A program made the translations under genes and the position numbers. Shown here piece after piece: positions 51,150-62,799 of a stretch of DNA of 64,000 bases. The DNA is from Laetmonice hystrix (taxonomy: Eukaryota): positions 35,404,001-35,468,000 of the forward strand of contig OZ249436.1 in the NCBI GenBank assembly GCA_965235115.1, in the 5' to 3' direction. Numbering within the stretch: position 1 is the first letter of the stretch; every line of letters starts with the position of its first letter. The notes below the pieces were generated by a model. The model did no database searches, was not told the DNA's origin, and worked only from the letters and a program-made list of their open reading frames with translations.

Positions 51150-54100
51150 ATGCCGTCTGGAGTGACCATTTCCCATGGTGTATTCGTCACCGACAGGACT
51201 CTGAGAGAAGGTTCACGGCTGACCTATGCGGGTTCTGGCATTGGTCAGCCGCCGGCGAGGCAGTGGGACGGAATGACACCCATTGACGAAGTATGTAGAA
51301 ATTATTCCATCAGACGACCCGCCAGGGCAGACGTCCGCCCTGGCCGTGAGGTTTGTGGCGGGCGTGGACAGGAGGACAGGGGCAATACGGGACAGAGGAC
51401 AGAGGGGATGCCACGCCCACCGGCTCAGGCAATCCAAGGGTGTCAGAAGGCTACCAATGACAATGGACACCTGGTAGATGTTTCTTATGCTTACCAAGAT
51501 ATGCCAGGGTTGTTCCAAAGACGACGGAAGTCTTCAATGGACTTGTTTCAAACGAATCCTACGACTGTTAACCGCTTGTTGGAAACAAACAATAATGTGC
51601 AACCTGACGGAAGAATGTCTAGTCGGGAGAATGTTTCGATTCCATGCCAATCGACGGATACAAGAGTTTCTGATGACAAGCTGAAGTATCTGGTCAATAG
51701 TTACAATCGGTCTGTCTCCATGGAAGCTTTTCAGATCACAGTCTCTGAAAAGGTAAGACACTTGAGTGGTAGAACACTGTTTTATCTATCGTATAGCGCA
51801 TTTAGGCCTATTCATACAGCCCCGGTGGTTGTTTCCTTCACAAGAGCTAAGTCGTACACAATTTGACTCATGATCTAGACCAGTCCTATACTTTGAGAAT
51901 GGAGGGAATGTCATTAATTCTGATGAAGCCTGGGCCCGGTTTTTTTGTTTACTTTTCCACTGTGAGCAAGGGTGAGCTGAGCCGAGCAAGGGTGAGCGTG
52001 AGCTCATTCTGACCGTTTTCTTGGGTTACTTTTTTCCATGAGGCGTGCTCATGATGAGCAAGCTCGCAGAAAAACACCCCAAAAAACGAAAACTGTGAGC
52101 AAAACGGTGAGCATGAGCTTCTGCTCACACTTGCTCAGCTCAGCTCACCCTTGCTCACGGTGGAAAAGTAAACAAAAAACCGGGCGCGTTGAGAAGTTCT
52201 CTCTTGCCGCTGTTGGCATTAGTACGGGATATATGCTTTATGGCAGGGGGTAAAAGTAGATAGGATTTAAAGTTACCTGTACAGATTTACTGAACTCAAT
52301 ATGTGAACGTTGTATGTTATATCCAGAGCCAAGGCTGTGAATTCCACGGAGCCCTGCGGTTTTACATGGAGTCGGGTGGACAGCAGGTGACCAAGGCGAT
52401 CAGGCTGAGCAGTACGACCACAGTGAGGGACGTCCTGCCGCTGCTCGCCGAGAAGTTTAACCTTACTCGCCTCATGTCAGCTGAACAAGACCCAAGTCAG
52501 GTCATTGGGATTGTTCAGAGGAGGCGAGGAGGCGGTCAGTACCTAGTACTCTTCCTGCTGAAAGGGGGGGGGGTGTCACCGAGCCGGACTAAATGAATGA
52601 TATAAATAAACAAATAATTAGATAAGTAAATAAATGAGTCAATAGTCAATGAGCCATTTCGGCATCTAAGGTGAAGTCGGTGCAGCCAACATACAGCTTG
52701 TGAACCCCGTCAGACCTTATTGGAAGCACCGTACGAGCGTACTGACCAATCACAGTCCGTTTAGGTCTGGAAGTGGTCACTGGGAGGATTTGGCTTCAAC
52801 AAATAATGGTCCAATGGCAACCCTTATCTGACTAAAGTAACCCTCACTCTAAGTCGAGCTCTAGGACCAGTGCTAGGCCTACAGTGGTTACCCCTCCTAA
52901 GTTCAGAAGGACGGATTCCGCGTTTAAAGACCGTCTTCCTATAGTGAAACGAAGTTGACCTGGATCTATTGATGGATTTCTGGCGAACTTATAGTTTTCA
53001 TTGATGTCTAGCTCAGGATACGGCAGGATTTTCAGCATTACGTGCACTTCATGGCGGCAAAGTATAGGTAACTGTGGGAGAAAACTAAAGCGTGATATTT
53101 ATCATCATACCTGTATTTATTTCTCAGAGGGTCCGTTTAAATTAATATTTTGTTAATAATATCGTTAATTTACAAAAGATTAGAAAGTTATCCGTTTGGT
53201 ATCCTGTTCAGACAATGATATTTCAACGTCTGCAATACCATTATGCTCTATTCCATCATTTTTGCGGTTTTTGAAATTTTAAAATTTGACCTCAATTATG
53301 CCTTTGTATAACAGACTTTCCGTGCTTCCTGAGACACTTCCAGCCAAGACTGCGGTGGCCAGTGCATGGAATGTATTTCCATGAGGATATATAGGTCCAG
53401 ACCCCAGGTACCAGTGAGGGCGGTCAGGGTGAAATCTGGGCTGGAAGGATAATACGCTTATTGTTGGCAGCAATAATTGATCGACTGCAGCCTAGATAAT
53501 CCCCGCTCAGTGTAAATAAATGGGGTGGCTTGGCATCCACAGGCATTCCCCCAATAGGACCATTCTCAAGTGCTGGTACTGAACCAAGTCCTGTATTTTC
53601 TATAGGAGTTATCTAGACTCCTATATTTATATAAGTTGTGTAACTCTCAATCGTTATTCGCATTTTAGAGGATGTACCACTAGCCGAAAACGACAGGCCA
53701 CTGGCATTGGCGTTGAACTGCCGGAGTCGACCGCGCTTTGTACTTCGGATTGTTGAGCCAGCAGCATACCACGACCAGCCAAACACATCTCACTCGGATG
53801 CCGTTCAGTGTGACAATGCTGTGTTACAACAGGAATCCGTGATAAATGACTTTGGTGAGGGCTGTAATCAATGGAAGGCATCTGGGGAGGACAAGCAATC
53901 ATTGGCAGCGGCGACCTTCAATCGCCAGAGTCGGGCTCGCTCTGTGAAACAAAGAAAATCTTACAAGGTTGAGGACCACCAGGGAACCCACTTAGAAGAG
54001 GTTGCGCCTCCTGGTGGGGAGCAAGGGTTGGCGCGTCCGGTAACGGGACGCAGGAGACGTCGCGAGAGGTGGCCACGTGACACGAGTCTCGACAGGATAT

Positions 54101-57100
54101 CCACGAGGGGTAGCGTGCCGTTAACAACCCTGCTGCCGAAAACATTTAGTTTTCGTCACAAAGGGGATAAACATCGACGTGACATGACCGAGCTATCCAC
54201 CGAGGAAACCTCTCCTGGGCTGCTGAAGATTTTCGGGGATTCCATAAGTCCAGGAGCCCAGTATAAGAGCGTCCTTGCAACGCGTTCCTCGACGGCACAA
54301 GAACTAGTGAAGGAGGCATTAGAAAGATACAACATTCGCAGGAAACTCGCGCCAGAGTACGTGCTCTGTGAGGTTGTGGGAAGACTCGCTTTATCAGGGA
54401 ATCATGTTGAGGAAGAAGAACCCAGAAAGAGATCGCACCAGAACAAGGCGACATGGATGTGGGTTGAGGAATGCATGCGGGTTGTAGGCGACCATGAGCG
54501 CCCGCTAACCCTGCAGTCGTTCTGGAAGCCATCCGGACAGTACAGCCGACGGTTTGAACTAAGGCGTCGATCAACCATCGACTCTGACGTCGACACCATC
54601 ACTTCCGGGATCAACGCAAACGCCAGAAAACTCCTTATATCAAAAACAAAACTGGAAATCAATACGCAAAACGAGGCACCGGACTGCGAAAGTGTTGACG
54701 ATACTGATTTCAACGAAGCCTGCCCCAGGAGTGGCCAAACACCTTTATTGACATCTGACATAGAACCACAAGTCGATCTTGCATATCTCCCAAAGCCACA
54801 AACCCACTCTCCAGGTCAGCAGGGGATGAAGGCCCCTACATCAGAACCATATTTCCTCACTCTGAGGGGTTTTAACAGTGCGTATGATGATCTTGTTTAT
54901 ATCATCAATGAAAGGGTGACGATTGTAGGGAATCCAACCGGACAGTCCAAACGAAGCCGCATATGTCTGCAAGCTCCGGATGTTTTACCCGAGCACTGTT
55001 GGCTGACCAAGATGGCCGAACTATCTGAGGATAACAACAATCGAACTCAAACTGTAATAAGTCTTGATCCTTTACCTAATGCCCCAATCTGGATTAACAG
55101 CGTCAGTATAAGTACAACCGCAACACTGAAACACGGGGATATAGTTCACCTGGGGCATCATTATGTGTTTCTTTTCAAGGATCCGATGTGTGACGATCTT
55201 GACCTGACGTCTATAAAGCGCCTTAACGTTCGACAGCCTGATCAAGGGACCTGTCCCAAATCCACTGTCAGCCAAGGCAAATTCTCACTTTCCCATTCAG
55301 GGGACAAACATGACTTAAACCCAACCGGTCTTAACTCAGGTTTTACCACAGAAAAACAGGAGGATCTCTTGAAGCATATAATGAAAATAGTAGATTTATA
55401 TCCGAACTTTGGTAAATTAACGCCTGCCTACATGCTGTCTTCGTGTGTGGTCCAGGCCTATACAGGAAACAACCACGAACGGCTGGCGGGTCTGGTGGCT
55501 AGGATGATGACGATGCTCCAGGATATCGTCTGGGTACGTGTATGCTCATTTTCTTTCCGATTCTGGGATCATATTCCTTTAGTTTGGGGAACAATTCATT
55601 TTTTTCAACAGAATATTTATCATTTATTTGCGTTTTTTTAGGATTCGACTAAGAAGTTAGCAGACAGACAAGCAGACAGGTGGGTTGTCTTATGTGTAAC
55701 TGAGACTGTTTACAATGAAACGATGCCTTCGCAATTGTAGGCCTATATTTAGGGTCTATTGTCTCATAGCCTTTCAAGCTCGCTGGTAAGGGTCTGTTTC
55801 GATGTTAGTTATATTTTGTTATGACTTCTTCTATTTAGGGTTGAAATATTATAGTTACACGTAGTTTTACGGGGCACCACATCATGAACGAATTGCACAG
55901 TTATTACTACATTCTTTGTAGGTTGACGACAGCATTTTCTTTCTGATATTGTCAGATATTGCTAACATTGATGTGTTATTTCACAGACCAAGTGCTAGCC
56001 TTGACGAGGTACTTCCAGACCTGAAGCCTGTCATTCTGTGGCTATCCAACTCGGTCGAACTCCTTGGCTTCCTTCGTGATGACACGAACGCGTTCTATGA
56101 CGTGATAGAGACGCCGAACAAAGACGGGGACGACACTGAGTCTGACGTCCTCATTCTCGAGGATGTCGTGATTTATACATTTCAACAGACGGTGTACTAC
56201 ATAACAAAGGTAGGCCTACTGCGACTATCAATGACGTATACAGGAACGGGGGTTCCAAAAAATTGGTCTGGGGGGGCAAATTTCCCTGTTATCATGTTAT
56301 AATATTGCCAGGGCAAGTTAGGGGGGGTGATTCCAGGATACTTGGAACCCCCCCTGGATACACCACTGAATATGGAATCTGAAAGTTCATTTTTATATGG
56401 TTGTATTGCGTAATAATGAATACAAAATACAGTTACAATCTGAGGTATAGATTTTCCATCCAATAAAGCCCACACTACCTTAGTCTCAGGTCTAGGTGAA
56501 CGTAACGATAGCCTACTGCCAAAGTAACGTTGCCCACTTTCTGCAGACGCTGTACTCTGTCCTCTCGGCCATTTTGGACTGTAACCCATTCCACACTGAC
56601 GAGGTGCCGACTGTCAGTGGTCCAGGGCCCACAGTGGAGACATTGTTGTCGATCCTACAAACAACTCTGACAGTGATGAGGGAACACCTTCTCCACACAC
56701 ACGTCCTCTCCCAACTCTTCTGCTACCTCTTCTTCTTCACAAGCACGTCACTCGTCAACATGCTCATGGACAAAGGTAGGTAGGGTTGTTCAGGTAACAT
56801 TTAGGGTTGTTGTAGAGCGATTGCCCATTAACTGTTCCCGCCTAATTGTGGCACCGTTTGGACAAACAAGCGGCTTAAATTGTAGTAAAAAGAGAATTGT
56901 TTAGATTCACAAAAAGTCCTTTTTATGTAATAAGTCTATCCCATATAATATTATGTTAACAACGTGGTGCTATAGTATAGGCCTATATAATGGACATCAA
57001 TTATCGTTCTTGCTGTCCTGCCAGGTAGTGGAAGCAAATATTATCGATGGTCTCGTGGGGTCCACATCCGTGGGAACCTGGACGCCGTCGAGAGCTGGGC

Positions 57101-60100
57101 GGTTGTGTCGGGGCTGGGCACGGAGGCGTCGCTCCACCTGGGGCGGATTAACAGCCTGGCCAACCTGCTGGCCACGCCCAGATTACAGCTACTGACGGTA
57201 GGAACATTAGGACTACCTCGGGTCACACATATACAACAACCCAGGGGGGTGCGTTTCAATATAGCCCAAAGATATCTTTAAAAACCTCGCTGGAGCCATG
57301 TGCGAGGTTTTTATTGAAACACTCGCTCCCCCCCCCATCCATTTTGATTAAATCACGCGAATTAATGTCTCCATCCCCTACCCCCCCCCCCCCCCACCCG
57401 ACCCCCCACCCCAAAAAACTATATTTGAAATTATTTATGTAGGCAGACTGGAATGGCCTAAGAAGAAGTCACCCCGGAGTACGTGCGGAACACCTTCTGA
57501 AGGTTCTCAGAGAATACGAGTTGGGCCCCGGTCAGGACCGGCCGGAGGCGTGGGAACCACCACCTGGCGATCTTGACCTGGAGACGTGGACTGAGCGTCT
57601 CACAGACAACTTCAGAGACCACCCTCCGCTCCAGTTCCCAGACAACGGCTTTTCACGTGATCACCTCGGCCGACACCATGTACAGCATCCGCCCTGGTGT
57701 GAACTAGTTGATCGCATCTCCGACACCTTCCCCGACCCCGACAGTAAGAGAAACTACGCTCACTTTTCGGCGTTGTGTCCAAAACCTAAATTTCTTTATC
57801 TTAAAAAAATCATTAAAACCCCAAAGGACCCCCCCCCCCTCCTGAAATAGCTTCTGTAAGACCCATATTACCAGGGCTTTGAAGTCAAAAGCAATAACCC
57901 CCATTGTTAAATCTACTGTGGGTCATATTTGCGTACCGTACTGCACGAAATAACATTTGTTATTCATTTAAAATTCGTTTGTCAGAATCCGCTAGTGGTC
58001 GTGAACAAGCACCGATTGCTGCCCGGCCTGTGGCACCAAAGAGAAGAAGTCGGGAGGAGAAACGCCAGGCGGCGCTGCTGAACCAAGAGACCAGAGTGTC
58101 AGGCTCAGGTCGGGATCCGTTCGATCAGAAGGTGCTGGCACGGTACAAGGAAGGAGACCTTGGGGACAGCGGTATCAGTCTGTCCGGTGATAAACTGCTG
58201 TCCGGGGATAAACTGCTGTCCGGGGATAAACTGTTGTCCGGGGACAAACTGCTGTCCGGAGATAAACACGACACCAAGGACAAAGATACCAGTCAACCGT
58301 GTCGCTCTCACACAGACATCAGACCAGCTTGGCAAGCGATTGATCACTCTAAGATTGCCGCTCACAATGGCGGACAAAGAATGACGGCGACTTTTGGAGA
58401 GGAAGCCGTGACCGATGGCCATTCCAAGTCGTGGATATCTAAGGGAAATAAGTTAAGTTTTAATGGACAGGGCAGGCATATCGATACCGACCCCTATGGG
58501 ATTGAACCAGTTTATGTCAATGCTCCGTTTAGACCAAATTGTTGCCTACAAGAGGTAAGAGACCTAAAGGACACTACGTGCAGCAATGACGTCACCCCGG
58601 TGGCTCCTCTGGCCATGTCATCACCTCTGACGTCAGACAGTAGCACACCATGTCCGTCACCCACTGACGATATACTCATACCGCCTCAGCCGAAAATACC
58701 CGCACCGGTTCTTGAACGATCGTCAATAAAAAGACGAAGCAACAAGTCAGCGCGAAAAATCCAACATGCTGTCATAGAAGAAATCGATGCTGCTGATGGC
58801 ACTGAAACCACGTCCCGTACGTTCGCTGGGAATGAGGCTAAGATCGTTGTGGTCAACCAACTAAGACAGCCACCAGGTGGTGTTGTGAATGGTCTGTGTG
58901 TTCGTCCTTTAAGCTCCGACAACGAAAGACGATATAGTTTTGACAAAGGTTAGTTCTTTCCCTTGTTCTTACTGTGCTGATTTTGAACCGGCCAGCGATC
59001 TTTTCTTCTAGTCTGGAAAGTCGAAAATTGCCTTCTATTGGAACTTTCATCTTTTTATACCATGGTCACACATGGATACATAAAATCAGTTGTGGCCGGG
59101 AATAGGAATTCATGTGCACCATAATTCATGACTACATATTCCGTATTACTATTGTGTTCTAAAGAAGCTCTCAAACATTCTCTTTTTTTCAAAAACGGAT
59201 GCCCGTCCACAGGAGTAGATTTGAGGGAGGAGTGCGACTGTTCCGACCTGCCACGGTCCCAGAATGGACACGTTGTTCCAGGAGCTAACACTGATGAAGA
59301 TGATCCAGATGATATGTTTCTCATCAACTTGGAGAAAGGATCCCGGGGGTTGGGTCTTGGGCTCATCGATGGAATGGTGAGTTATCGAAGCAGGTCTCTG
59401 GGGCCCGTCTCACTAAAGGCTGGTTAATAACCAGATCGTTAAGTTAACATAGGAGTGAATGGAAGGCTGCTGGTTACTGTAACCAGCAGCCTTCCATTCA
59501 CTCCTATGTTAACTTAACGATCTGGTTATTAACCAGCCTTTAGTGAGACGGGCCCCAGGTCTGTTAACGTTTCCGGGTCATCAACGAAATGATCCCCTCG
59601 ATTACCGAAACGACTCCCTACTCCAGCCCTTCCAGTCAAACCTTTATAATCTTTATAACCCTTTATTTTTGTGGGCTTCCCGTATCTACTTTATTTTGAT
59701 CCAAATAGCCTTTATAACCTTTTTTAGCATGATGAGTGTGAAGTGTGGGTGGACTGAACAAAATGCAGTAGGCACCCTATAACAAAATTATAAATATAAC
59801 AGTATTGGAGGTAAGTGACTTCACGTGAATGATAAATGGCTGCAAAATCACACACTAAGGAAATACATGAGCTTTTGACTCTATACTTCACACTGAAATG
59901 CTCTATATGTTTGAAATCATAAACTTTATAAAAACCTTTCTGTCTCTATCCACTGGGAGGGCTGCTACTCTCATGCCGAATCGATCTCTAGGGACCCAAT
60001 TTTAGCTCATGCAGTTGTATGTTCGCGTTCATGTTATATTCCTACGTTCATGAAGATTCACGTCTTCCATGCCATTTCTGTTTGCAGTACACAACATTAC

Positions 60101-60416
60101 GGCGCCCTGGGATCTACGTGCGGACGTTGGTGCCATCCGAGCCGGCGGCGACGGACGGACGATTTCAGCTTGGAGACCGTATCCTAGCCGTCAACGGACA
60201 GAGTGTCGTGGGCGCCGACTACCAAAGGTAACAGTTAATAATGAAAACGGCATCACATCAGGTGTTCTCGTACGGTCTTGTGTCATGGCGCTTCATGTTG
60301 GTTTTTCTTCTTGCAGCGCGATGACAATTATCCGGGACGGCGGGAAGATACTACAGTTTCTAGTCGCCAAAGGGAACCGAACGATTACCATGCAGATCAC
60401 GTCGTCTACTTGCTGA
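51150..60416 (+). CDS. RADIL: Ras-associating and dilute domain protein (RA-RA-FHA-DIL-PDZ)
   Basis: Exons 51150-51752 (tentative start), 52327-52534, 53669-55533 (PGLLKIFGD...YKSVLAT...ELVKEALERY; DVDTITSGINANARKL; FHA LQAPDVLPEHCW...LKHGDIVHLGHHYVFLFKDP), 55642-55679, 55987-56209 (WLSNSVELL; YTFQQTVYYITK), 56547-56775 (SQLFCYLFFF), ~57025-57197, 57443-57742, 57986-58948, 59213-59376 (LEKGSRGLGLGLIDGM), 60088-60227 (DGRFQLGDRILAVNG), 60317-60416 (FLVAK...*). PDZ at the extreme C-terminus favours RADIL over afadin. Confidence 0.88.
51934..52185. mobile_element. MITE with long (~60 bp) imperfect TIRs in RADIL intron 1
   Basis: GCCCGGTTTTTTGTTTACTTTTCCACTGTGAGCAAGGGTGAGCTGAGC ... GCTCAGCTCACCCTTGCTCACGGTGGAAAAGTAAACAAAAAACCGGGC. 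Confidence 0.85.
58180..58266 (+). repeat. Coding 18-bp tandem repeat (LSGDKL x5) in RADIL
   Basis: CTGTCCGGGGATAAACTG repeated in frame within exon 57986-58948. Confidence 0.9.
59398..59558. mobile_element. 161-bp perfect palindrome (foldback MITE) in a RADIL intron
   Basis: 80-bp arms around a single base at 59478; ends CTGGGGCCCGTCTCAC ... GTGAGACGGGCCCCAG resemble the element at 21954. Confidence 0.9.
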
Positions 60417-60956
60417 TAAATTTTCAGTCCATGTGAAAGAAAAAATCTCTGATTGGAGACAAGTATAATTTATAATTTCCACAGTTGTGTCGAACCTCCT
60501 AAACGTTGGACACAAATGATACGTTCAAATGTGTAGAGCTTAGGTGTCTGTACTCTTTGGGTGTTCCTGAAATTGTGGCATACATTACGACTTCACTCAC
60601 ATTATATATTGGTATACTTTACTTTGTGTATATGAATTATTTATGTTAATTGTACAGCCACGCAAGCTCCACAGCTAAACGCCATGCCTGGTAATTTCTG
60701 ACTCTGAGCATGACCGACGTTAACATTTTTCATTTCTCCTATTTTTACTCTCTGTATGTAACTTTTTGGTGGTAGAATAAAGATGTCGCACTTCCCTGCA
60801 GAGCTGTCTACTTGCTGTGCGAAGTTGCACCGTATCTTCGAATAATCTGAACAATACTATTTCGTAGAACGTTATAGCAATATTCCACCGTTATACAAGT
60901 CGCAGTGTTCCAGTGCTCCACAGAGTGATTATTATATCTCGTAAATAACATAAGAA

Positions 60957-62758
60957 TTACTTGGAATAACCGTTACCATTACTCTTATACCATCGTGAAA
61001 GACACAGAAGGGTAATGAAGTCAACTATTTCACACACTGTCAGTACACTGGCGCCGAGAAGGAGTCCAAGGAAGCCTCCGACTTCCGAAAGCAAACTAAC
61101 ACTTGTGAACGAAACCTGCTGGGTGATCTTTTCGAAGCTCAACTCCGGGTAGTAGAGATCCATGGCTATGATATTATTCCTATAAAACAGAATACAAGTC
61201 TTATTGAATAGTGAAACAAAATAGAATATAAGCTGGGTGTTAAAGATTAGGCCTATAAACGGCGATAGTGGTTGTGTTTTTACGTGCATGCAGATACAAA
61301 CAGGTGCGAACTTTTTCTAACCGCTGTTGGCACATTTTCTGGATCAGGACCTCAGTCTGTTTAGCGTATACCCAATCAAACTATCCCACCCCTATTGTAT
61401 AGGTAATTATTGTTCCATGATGGAAACTTACAGAAAGAACGTGGCCGACATTTCGTTCCCTTTCAGATACGTATTCAGATTTTTCTGACATATTTCCACT
61501 CTTTCAACTAAATCTTCGAGATTCTTCTGCACCTCCACGCGTGCCGTCTCCATGATGGAAGCGAGTGGATATAGAGTTTTCTGAACAATCTCTGGAAGGT
61601 TCGACTGGGTGCCGTTTTGGATGTCCGTTAGTAGGTTTTCAATATCTGGAGAAGTCGCATTTCGGACCGATTCGATAAGAGGAAGGCGTTGGATGGAGTT
61701 CTTATCGAGGAGTGGCACAAGGAGGTCGAGAATGGATGTATACCACCGTTTCATGCCTCCCTCGATATCGTTTATATTCTCCACGATCGACTTGCAAGAT
61801 GACCGAAAGTCATAAACACGGGAGTTCATGTCGGATAAGAAGCTTTGAATGACCAGGGCGTTAAAACTTTCAGCCAGGGACTTCTTGGTGATTTCACCAT
61901 CCAGGTAGGAGGATAGCTTTGTAAACACTGGTACGGCCCGTTTACTGAGCACCTCGCTAATGGTTATCAGGTCTGTCGATAACGAGGGAAGTTTGTTTCC
62001 TATCATCAAGAGTTTGTCGTCAGCTTCCATCACCGGGCCAACGTATTTGTTCAGGTCTTGTTCTGCCTTGCTTGCCTTGGAGCCACCCGACACCCAATAT
62101 CGTTTGAACCACATGCACACAGACAAATCAATGGCTTTCAATTTCTCCAGAGATTCATAGGATTTGGAAAATTGTTCAAACACGCTATCGTGCATCGCCA
62201 ATGCCTGCCCAATGGTTTCCGAGACATGGATGCCGTCAAGATCCGTGATAATGTGTAATGGATCTAATAGTAAAGCGAGTTGTCCTAAGACATTCAAGCA
62301 GGTTTGGTGGAAATGTATAGTGGAATAGTTACTCCAGGTATCTCGATAAAGATACGCGACCGTTTTGTGGTACATGCTAGTGAATTTCTTCAGTTTTCTT
62401 GCCCCTATTTCCAGATCATGAATGGGCCTTGTTTTCATTGTGCAAATTCCGTATTTAAGGGTCTGGCATATGCTAAACTGCGGCGGGGGCGATATGGTTG
62501 GGAAGTAGTTCACGTTTGATTCAGGGGGATTTTTAGATCTTCCATCATCCATCCAACTATTATCCTCCTCTTCCTCCCCTGACGAATCGAAATCTTGACC
62601 CTCGTCCGGTCTGGGCGGCGGACGCTTGTCTCTATCACCGTACAGGTTTGGTGGACCTGTCATCGACGGCTTGTGACGCATTGCCGTCACAGGGCAGGCT
62701 TGGTCAGCTGGAATCACCACAACATGGCAGGTTTTCATTGATGTGGCGCTGGTTTGGC

Positions 62759-62799
<41 letters not shown>

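Noticed and set aside
53707..55641. Calling the gene afadin/canoe
   Set aside because: The second RA, DIL and PDZ motifs match RADIL, and the protein ends just after the PDZ without afadin's long C-terminal region.
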